From a virus, in IMG/VR virus record IMGVR_UViG_3300030103_002259, positions 1 through 64,000 of that record: a stretch of 64,000 nucleotides of DNA. One strand, written 5' to 3'. A program made the translations under genes and the position numbers. This document shows positions 58,404 through 64,000 of this stretch, one piece after another. Positions within the stretch are counted from its first letter, which is position 1; each line of letters opens with the position of its first letter. A model generated the notes under the pieces. That model did no database searches and was not told the origin of the DNA. It saw only the letters and a program-made list of their open reading frames with translations.

Positions 58404-59102
58404 TTAATTATTTCTTTCAGCCTCTTGCTGACCTCTAGAATACTGATTTCCAGATTCTATATCTCCAGCTATTATACTTACAGCTTCGTCAATAATTAAT
58501 TCTACAATGTCATCTTTAAACTCAGAAGTAACATCTGTAGTAGATTCAACTTCAGTATATGGATTTATACAACCTTTAACTTGAATTAATCTAGGCTGTC
58601 TATAGTAAGTAAGTTCTGATTTAGATATTTCAAAGTCTGCGTTAGTATAAATGTTTATACCATCATCAGTTAAAGTAGCAAATGTTTCCGCCCAAGAAAA
58701 ACTAGGTTGTTTAGATTTATCTCTCAAAAGCTGATTAAGATTTTCTTCTTCTGCTAAATAGACAGTCATTCTTCTATTTTCACAACAACCTTTACATGCG
58801 TTAACATCAAGCCTTTTCCACTGTAAATAATCTTTAGGTACAGGACCTCTATAATAAATATCTTCTTCTTGAAGTAAAATTGGATCCTGAACTAATATAA
58901 CCTGAAGATCATCTTTTCTTCTGGTAGATTGCTCATCACCTTCTCTTAATGTATTAATACCATGCAGCTGTCTTCTGCACCACTCTACTTGAGCTTTGTT
59001 AAAAGCCTCAACTATTTGCCAGCACAAAACATTATCATAATCTTGACTATCAAGTTTATTGAGCCTTTCTTTAATTTTTATTGTAAGTGTGCTATTTAAC
59101 AT
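58404..59102 (-). CDS. Ring / head-tail connector protein (crAss gene-74-like)
   Basis: 232 aa. KLDSQ...FNKAQ, LTYYRQP and EL.IDEAV motifs. Confidence 0.65.
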   Translation of the reverse strand: MLNSTLTIKIKERLNKLDSQDYDNVLCWQIVEAFNKAQVEWCRRQLHGINTLREGDEQSTRRKDDLQVILVQDPILLQEEDIYYRGPVPKDYLQWKRLDVNACKGCCENRRMTVYLAEEENLNQLLRDKSKQPSFSWAETFATLTDDGINIYTNADFEISKSELTYYRQPRLIQVKGCINPYTEVESTTDVTSEFKDDIVELIIDEAVSIIAGDIESGNQYSRGQQEAERNN

Positions 59103-59272
59103 TACTTCTTTTTCTTTCTTTTAGCGGCAATCTTTTTAAAAGTCTTAGCAAGTGTTTTAGCTTTACCTGTACAAGTCTTCTTTGTAATAGGTGTGCATTT
59201 ACCTTTAGTACCTCTCTTCTTAATAGAAGCACTAACTTTTTGCATCCACTTTTTATCTTTCTTTTTCGCCAT
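59102..59272 (-). CDS. 56-aa Lys-rich protein (not in the ORF track)
   Basis: Hand translation MAKKKDKKWMQKVSASIKKRGTKGKCTPITKKTCTGKAKTLAKTFKKIAAKRKKKK*. TAATG overlap with the next gene. Confidence 0.75.
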   Translation of the reverse strand: MAKKKDKKWMQKVSASIKKRGTKGKCTPITKKTCTGKAKTLAKTFKKIAAKRKKKK

Positions 59273-59274
59273 AT

Positions 59275-59769
59275 TTAAATTCTTGATCTATAGCGTTTTG
59301 TTTTACCGTCTCTATATATTTTTTCTTTTCTAACCCCTCTTGTTTTACCTCTATTATTAGTTCTAGATCTTGATGACATTTCTGAACTTGAAATTAAATT
59401 ACCAGCTTTATCATACGTCCTAAAGTCATCAGTAATTTTTTCTTTTGATCTTGATCTTGTATTATCTCTTCTATTAGTTCTAGACTTTATATTTCTATAA
59501 TAACTATCATCATTTGTAGTATAACCACCTTTATTTTCACCTGTAAAATTGGTTATTTTAGATTTACCTATACCCGTTCTTGTAAGTTCAGATTTTCTTC
59601 TAGTACCTCTTCTATTAGTATTACCACTTCTATCTTCAACGGTATTCATCTCTCTATTACTTTCAACTTGACCACTCCAGGTACCTCCTTGCTGAAGCAT
59701 AGGTTTTGGCTTTTGTCTAGATTCTCTAAAGAATCTTAAAACTTCTGTAGGGTTAGCTTTATTTTTCAT
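59275..59769 (-). CDS. Arg/Ser/Thr-rich basic protein (start revised to MKNKANP)
   Basis: The track start at 59808 overlaps a micro-ORF. The ATG at 59769 has an A-rich leader. Contains LQQGG and repeated SRTN.R. Confidence 0.65.
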   Translation of the reverse strand: MKNKANPTEVLRFFRESRQKPKPMLQQGGTWSGQVESNREMNTVEDRSGNTNRRGTRRKSELTRTGIGKSKITNFTGENKGGYTTNDDSYYRNIKSRTNRRDNTRSRSKEKITDDFRTYDKAGNLISSSEMSSRSRTNNRGKTRGVRKEKIYRDGKTKRYRSRI

Positions 59770-59776
59770 AGTTATT

Positions 59777-59842
59777 TTAATAATCCCAGTAAATAAAGAT
59801 TTGATCATTCTCTTCTTCTGGATCTTTAAAAGTTTTGTTCAT
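59777..59842 (-). CDS. 21-aa acidic micro-peptide
   Basis: MNKTFKDPEEENDQIFIYWDY*. It fills the gap between the promoter-like motif (59847-59859) and the next ATG. Confidence 0.45.
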   Translation of the reverse strand: MNKTFKDPEEENDQIFIYWDY

Positions 59843-59846
59843 ATAT

Positions 59847-59859
59847 CAATATACAAAAA
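59847..59859 (-). promoter_or_regulatory. Putative promoter element TTTTTGTATATTG
   Basis: Variant of the recurring intergenic motif. Confidence 0.4.
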
Positions 59860-60147
59860 TTAGCAATTCCATTTACGTAGAGATTTGTTAATTCTTGAAT
59901 TAGGATCATTCTTTTTCTTAGATCCTGTCATCTTCTTTTTCATACCTGACATTCTAGCACAAAAACTTTTTCTTCTCTTAGCAGCTTTACTATTTTTTTT
60001 AAGTTTAGAAGGTTTTGTTGTAACAGCAGTTTTAAGTTTACTTCCAGGGTTAGCCTTTCTGTAAGAAGCAACACCTTTTTTATTTAAGCCACCTGACTTA
60101 CTTTTACCTTCCTTCCTAGTCCAAGCTGGAGTTTTTTTAGTTGCCAT
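59860..60147 (-). CDS. Small Lys-rich phage protein (resembles the DUF6321-type family)
   Basis: 95 aa. AWTRKEGK..GGLN..G..SY...NPGSKL...RRKSFCARM...SLRKWNC. Family recalled from memory, not searched. Confidence 0.65.
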   Translation of the reverse strand: MATKKTPAWTRKEGKSKSGGLNKKGVASYRKANPGSKLKTAVTTKPSKLKKNSKAAKRRKSFCARMSGMKKKMTGSKKKNDPNSRINKSLRKWNC

Positions 60148-60163
60148 AATTTAAAACATTCTT

Positions 60164-60790
60164 TTAAAATCGTAATTTTCTTTTAACTTTATTTTTAATT
60201 CTTTTTAGTTTAGCTTTAACTTTACCGTTACCGCCAATATTCAAGCCGTTACCACTACGTTTTGGACCAGACATACATTTACCCTTAACTACCTTACCAC
60301 CTCTACAACCACCACCTCTAACTGCAGCACCTCCTAGTTGCATATACTGACCACCTAATTTTTGTTCTTTAATGTCATTAAAATACCCTAGTACTGCTGC
60401 GGGGTTTGTCATATTACCACCCATTTGCATTTTGCTTCTAATTTTTTTAGAATTCTTTTTAAAAGATTCAGTATCAGCCATTTTAGGAGATGGACCTAAA
60501 CCTGACTTTCCATAAACCATTTTTATAGCCTTAGTTTTTATAGGATCCTTTAATGTTTTACGTTTTTTACCCATTGGTCTAGCTATAGACATACCCATCT
60601 GAGCTTTAGGTAATTTAGGTTTAGTGTGACCATAACCCTTCTTTTTCATACGGGTATGATCAGCCATAACTTTTGCTTTATAACCCTTTCCTGTTTTAGG
60701 ATCATACATCATATGAGGTTTAAACTTCTTCTTAGCAGCACTCTTTTTAGCACCACCTTTACTATATAAACTTTTTGGCATTGTATTCAT
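60164..60790 (-). CDS. Lys/Met/Gly-rich modular basic protein
   Basis: 208 aa. FKPHMMYDPKTG module, LPKAQMG, MQMGG and MQLGG. Confidence 0.7.
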   Translation of the reverse strand: MNTMPKSLYSKGGAKKSAAKKKFKPHMMYDPKTGKGYKAKVMADHTRMKKKGYGHTKPKLPKAQMGMSIARPMGKKRKTLKDPIKTKAIKMVYGKSGLGPSPKMADTESFKKNSKKIRSKMQMGGNMTNPAAVLGYFNDIKEQKLGGQYMQLGGAAVRGGGCRGGKVVKGKCMSGPKRSGNGLNIGGNGKVKAKLKRIKNKVKRKLRF

Positions 60791-61059
60791 TATTTTCTTT
60801 TTTTAGTTGTTTTTCTTTTTCTAACTGAACTAGTTCTATTACCCATACCAACTCTTTTCTTTTCAGCAACAACAGAAGCTTTTCTAGAACCTAAACCGCC
60901 CCATGTCACTGGAGTTTTTTTAGAAACTTTTTTGCTAGGTCTACATTTTTTGACGGCTTTATTCTTAGAGGATCCGCACTTATTGCCTTTTTCATCAGTC
61001 CACTTTTCTTTGAACCAACGTTTTAATGCTGCACCTTTAGCTGTCTTTCTAACCGCCAT
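60790..61059 (-). CDS. Small Lys-rich protein
   Basis: 89 aa. LKRWFKEKW...CG...CRPSKKVS.KTP. Translationally coupled to its neighbours. Confidence 0.7.
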   Translation of the reverse strand: MAVRKTAKGAALKRWFKEKWTDEKGNKCGSSKNKAVKKCRPSKKVSKKTPVTWGGLGSRKASVVAEKKRVGMGNRTSSVRKRKTTKKRK

Positions 61060-61268
61060 TATCTTTTCTTTTTGCTCTTACCAGCTTTTCTTTTTCTACA
61101 CTTAGCAATCATACCACTAGCATAAGCAGAAGGAAATACTTTATGAGCTCTTTTAGCTGCATAGTAACAAGAGTCTTTTTTACTCTTAGTTTTTTTCTTT
61201 TTAGATCCTCCTTTTCTAAAGAATTCTAAAATTTCACCGTCCGTATTTATTCTACTATAATTAGGCAT
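61059..61268 (-). CDS. Small Lys-rich protein
   Basis: 69 aa. FRKGG, then KDSCY...FPSAYASG.IAKCRK. Confidence 0.7.
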   Translation of the reverse strand: MPNYSRINTDGEILEFFRKGGSKKKKTKSKKDSCYYAAKRAHKVFPSAYASGMIAKCRKRKAGKSKKKR

Positions 61269-61270
61269 AA

Positions 61271-61459
61271 CTATAAGCTTCTTCTTAATGAGGCACCTCT
61301 GATAACTTTACCTTTGCCACATGAGCCACCATACTTTAATTGTTGTCCTTGAATAGTTCTTGGATTATTACTATATCTAGCCATAGTCTTACCTGGGTAA
61401 GGATTTTGACCTCCATTTTTCATTTTGTGGGCACCGCCACATTTCATACATTTTGGCAT
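61271..61459 (-). CDS. Small basic protein with an LRRS tail
   Basis: 62 aa. MKNGG, LKYGG and VIRGASLRRSL. TAG stop. Confidence 0.65.
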   Translation of the reverse strand: MPKCMKCGGAHKMKNGGQNPYPGKTMARYSNNPRTIQGQQLKYGGSCGKGKVIRGASLRRSL

Positions 61460-61469
61460 ATCTTATATT

Positions 61470-61772
61470 TTATTTATTTTTTATACTTCTTCTTAGTGAT
61501 CCACCTTTAATTAATTTTGGTTTAGATTTATTACTTGATTTAGGAGATCGTGATACTTCATATAATACTGTACCATAAGGATCTGTCTCTAAAATCTTAT
61601 ATTGTACGTCTGTGATACCTCTTTTTTTAAGAGCACGTCTTCTTGCATTATAAGCACTTCTACTAGGCGCCACTCTCTTACCCAAAACAGGTGAATAATC
61701 TTTACTTTTCTTAGCCGCTTTCTGAACTGCTTTAGCTATACCACCTTTCTGATATTTTGTAAGGTGTTTCAT
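61470..61772 (-). CDS. Small basic protein with an LRRS tail
   Basis: 100 aa. YQKGGIAKAVQKAAKK...LIKGGSLRRS. Confidence 0.7.
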   Translation of the reverse strand: MKHLTKYQKGGIAKAVQKAAKKSKDYSPVLGKRVAPSRSAYNARRRALKKRGITDVQYKILETDPYGTVLYEVSRSPKSSNKSKPKLIKGGSLRRSIKNK

Positions 61773-61774
61773 AA

Positions 61775-62155
61775 TTAATGCTTTTTACTTCGTCTTAATG
61801 ACCCACCTTTCATCATCTTCATACCACCATACTGAGCATAGCCCATTTTATTACGAACATCTGTTGGTAATGATCTTAGACCATTAAACTTTTTACCAGC
61901 TGGAACACTTTTCAAAGAACCGCCTGATTTAAATTTAGGTTTTTGAAGTTCAGGATACTTCATGCGATTCATATTGTCACCTTTTTTTACGTCTACCCCA
62001 AACATTCCAGGCTTATATACATTCAGTGATTTACGTTTAAGTTTCAAAGAAGCAGGTGTTTTTCCAGCTCTTTTTACCTTTGCAAGTTTTCCAGTTGTTT
62101 TTTTAGCAGCCTTTGCAGCAAGTTTTGCAATACCACCTTTTTGATACTTTTTCAT
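61775..62155 (-). CDS. Small basic protein with an LRRS tail
   Basis: 126 aa. YQKGGIAKLAAKAAKK...GLRSLPTDVRNKMGY...MKGGSLRRS. Confidence 0.7.
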   Translation of the reverse strand: MKKYQKGGIAKLAAKAAKKTTGKLAKVKRAGKTPASLKLKRKSLNVYKPGMFGVDVKKGDNMNRMKYPELQKPKFKSGGSLKSVPAGKKFNGLRSLPTDVRNKMGYAQYGGMKMMKGGSLRRSKKH

Positions 62156-62157
62156 AG

Positions 62158-62526
62158 TTAATGTTTTCTAGATCTTCTTAAATTTTTACCTCTGATAACC
62201 CCACCTGATCTATATAACTTCATAGTAGGATTATTTTCTAACGCAGCTTTAAACATATCAAGAGCATCTTGATTAGTAATATTAGGATTCTTTAAAAAAC
62301 TCTTTACTTTCTTAGCATCACCAGAACTAATTACACCACGTTTTTGCATAGCCTGCCTCAAACCTTCTTTAGCATATTGGTCTGTATCATACTTTTTTCC
62401 TTTCCTACCTATAGTTGTAGTTCTCTCAGGTAATTTAGGTTTAGGTACTTTAACTTTCTTTTTTGCAGCTTTAGCAGCACTACTTATAATCTTACCCCTT
62501 TGTGCTTTTGGTAAATACTTTTTCAC
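62158..62526 (-). CDS. Small basic protein with an LRRS tail (start revised to GTG at 62526)
   Basis: A GTG 1 nt after the upstream stop gives MKKYLPKAQRG, matching the MKKY starts of paralogous neighbours. Ends IRGKNLRRSRKH. Confidence 0.65.
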   Translation of the reverse strand: MKKYLPKAQRGKIISSAAKAAKKKVKVPKPKLPERTTTIGRKGKKYDTDQYAKEGLRQAMQKRGVISSGDAKKVKSFLKNPNITNQDALDMFKAALENNPTMKLYRSGGVIRGKNLRRSRKH

Positions 62527-62527
62527 C

Positions 62528-63424
62528 TTATAAAGATTTTGGAGAGTTATTACCTCTTTTTCTACTTCTGCTAATTTTTCTAACAATTTTTTTAGCACTC
62601 ATAGGTCTTCCACCACCTTGGTTTTTCTTAACAACACCTTTTCTAGTTACTCTCTGAGTTAATCCAGATGGAGAAGTTATAGTTCTACCTCGTTGAGCCT
62701 TTGTAAGTTGAGTTCCAGATCTTTTAGAAGGAAGATTTTTTCCACCTGGTATAGGTCTTGTAACTTTAGCTTTACCTTTCCCAGTAGCTTTTTTTCCTGC
62801 TGCTTTTGTTGCTCTTTTAAGATCTTTTTTAGTTCTAGGCATTCCAGGAGGCATCATACTTGTACTTGATTTTTCCTTTTTAAGTGACTTTCTTAATACT
62901 TTTTTCATTCCTGGTGTAAGCTTTCCAATAGAACCACCTTTTTGCATTTTAGTTGTCTTAGCATATTTTTTTACAGCTTTTTTAGCACTAACAGGTCTTC
63001 CCGCACCTTGATTCTTTTTAGCTACGCCTTTTCTATTTACTTTAGTTTTTAGTCCAGACTTAGAAGTTACAGTTCCGCCTTTTTGCATTCCAAGGGTAGC
63101 AAGTTTTGTAGATGATTTTCTAAGAGGAGATACCTTACCACTAGCTTTAGCTCTACTTTTACCTGAAGCTATTTGTAAAGCTTCATTAAGTTTTGATCTC
63201 ATATTAGCTCCAGTTGATCTTAAACCACCTTTAGTTAAGCTTTTTTTAGCAGCAGCAGTGCTTTCCATCTTTCTCCTAATTGGAGCCTTAGAAGTAGATT
63301 TTCTACCTGGAGTACCTTTACCTTTTCCAGCAGCTTTTACAAGCCTTGTCATTTTTGCTAATCCTTTTTGGCCTTTTGGTAATCTTTTTTTTGCACCACC
63401 ATAACCATACTTTTTCATTGCCAT
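62528..63424 (-). CDS. Histone-H1-like in composition (K/A/R/G-rich) protein with an internal duplication
   Basis: 298 aa with very few acidic residues. Two copies of T.TS.SGL...V.RKGV.KKNQG.GRP.SAKK.V.K. Confidence 0.75.
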   Translation of the reverse strand: MAMKKYGYGGAKKRLPKGQKGLAKMTRLVKAAGKGKGTPGRKSTSKAPIRRKMESTAAAKKSLTKGGLRSTGANMRSKLNEALQIASGKSRAKASGKVSPLRKSSTKLATLGMQKGGTVTSKSGLKTKVNRKGVAKKNQGAGRPVSAKKAVKKYAKTTKMQKGGSIGKLTPGMKKVLRKSLKKEKSSTSMMPPGMPRTKKDLKRATKAAGKKATGKGKAKVTRPIPGGKNLPSKRSGTQLTKAQRGRTITSPSGLTQRVTRKGVVKKNQGGGRPMSAKKIVRKISRSRKRGNNSPKSL

Positions 63425-63443
63425 TTTTGTTTATTTTAATTTA

Positions 63444-64000
63444 TTAACTATTCCAATATGCTTCTGAAGTTTTAATTAAACCTTTTAAAATATCTTCATT
63501 TAAAGGATCCTTTAAAAACTCAAGAACATCAGATACATTTCTACCTAACATAACATTTTGCTTTGCATGATAAATATACCCATCTGCTTTTGTGATAATC
63601 TCTTTATAAAAACTAGAGTCTTTAATAATAGATCTAATTTTTAAAGTTTCCATATCACATTTTACTGCATCTAAGAAAGTTTTTACTGCTCTCTCCATGT
63701 TGCTGTCAGATCCTTCTGCATGAATATATTCATCCATATTTTCATACAGGATATCTAATGGTGTTGATTTTTTGTATTGCGTACTATTAACATCTACAAC
63801 TTTTGCTACATAGAAAAGTTTAGTGCTATTTTTATCAAATAATTTTTGCAGTTCTGATAATGCCTTATTTCTAAGTTTTTTGTATTCAGTTCTACTAGAT
63901 ACTGTTTCTTCTTCTTTATCTAAGAAAAATTTAGGCGGCTTTGGTTTTGTTTTTGCATCTTCATAACTTTTTGCAATTAAAGAAAACCCCCCTGCTTCTA
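63444..64000 (-). CDS. 5'-truncated conserved capsid-module protein (crAss gene-75-like, normally downstream of the major capsid gene)
   Basis: The frame is open to the window end (EAGGFSLIAKSYEDAK...). C-terminal LGRNVSDVLEFLKDPLNEDIL. Confidence 0.6.
   Translation of the reverse strand, partial: EAGGFSLIAKSYEDAKTKPKPPKFFLDKEEETVSSRTEYKKLRNKALSELQKLFDKNSTKLFYVAKVVDVNSTQYKKSTPLDILYENMDEYIHAEGSDSNMERAVKTFLDAVKCDMETLKIRSIIKDSSFYKEIITKADGYIYHAKQNVMLGRNVSDVLEFLKDPLNEDILKGLIKTSEAYWNS

Noticed and set aside
3809-62144. Many short plus-strand ORFs in the track (e.g. 8593-8865, 16764-17171, 29331-29657, 59087-59278, 61962-62144)
   Set aside because: They lie antisense inside long, motif-bearing minus-strand genes and have the Ser/Leu/Phe-rich composition of shadow ORFs.
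62527-62598. Overlap between the 298-aa and 146-aa ORFs as a possible programmed frameshift
   Set aside because: A GTG at 62526 gives a non-overlapping MKKYLPKAQRG start that matches the paralogs, so no frameshift is needed.
59102-63424. True histone-fold genes
   Set aside because: The similarity to histones is only compositional (K/A/R-rich). No histone-fold pattern is visible.
579-64000. Stop-codon reassignment (TAG or TGA), known in some crAss-like phages
   Set aside because: Giant ORFs are intact in code 11, and TAG (425, 61271) and TGA (38835, 48615) serve as stops right next to downstream starts or a terminator.
1-64000. tRNA/rRNA genes, CRISPR arrays, introns/inteins, DGR or IS elements
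   Set aside because: Intergenic gaps are short and AT-rich. By eye I found no cloverleaf, spaced repeats, reverse transcriptase, transposase, homing endonuclease or intein motifs, though small elements could be missed.

Overview
An AT-rich (about 30% GC by eye) segment of a Crassvirales-like (crAss-like) phage genome. The host is probably an aquatic Bacteroidota/Flavobacteriia (inferred from A-rich translation starts without Shine-Dalgarno sites and from gene content). Almost the whole window is one minus-strand virion module read in standard code 11. In transcription order it holds: the C-terminal part of the gene that normally follows the major capsid gene; an array of about 12 small, mostly Lys/Arg-rich genes; a ring protein, an auxiliary capsid protein, hub/fibre-like Cys-rich proteins, an IHF-like protein, two more ring proteins and the muzzle; five 1100-1460 aa cargo-like proteins; and three giant ejected proteins, including a virion RNA polymerase (DFDID). 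The most unusual signal is a shared peptide 'grammar'. Short [F/M/L/Y]Q-x-GG and LPKAQ-x-G motifs mark domain boundaries in four cargo polyproteins and recur in the small basic proteins. The cassettes they delimit include a minimal SET methyltransferase, two or three ADP-ribosyltransferase-like domains, a zincin and a duplicated unknown domain. The cargo proteins also share an acidic C-terminal tag and a basic N-terminal strand. All family assignments come from motifs and synteny read by eye; no database searches were run.
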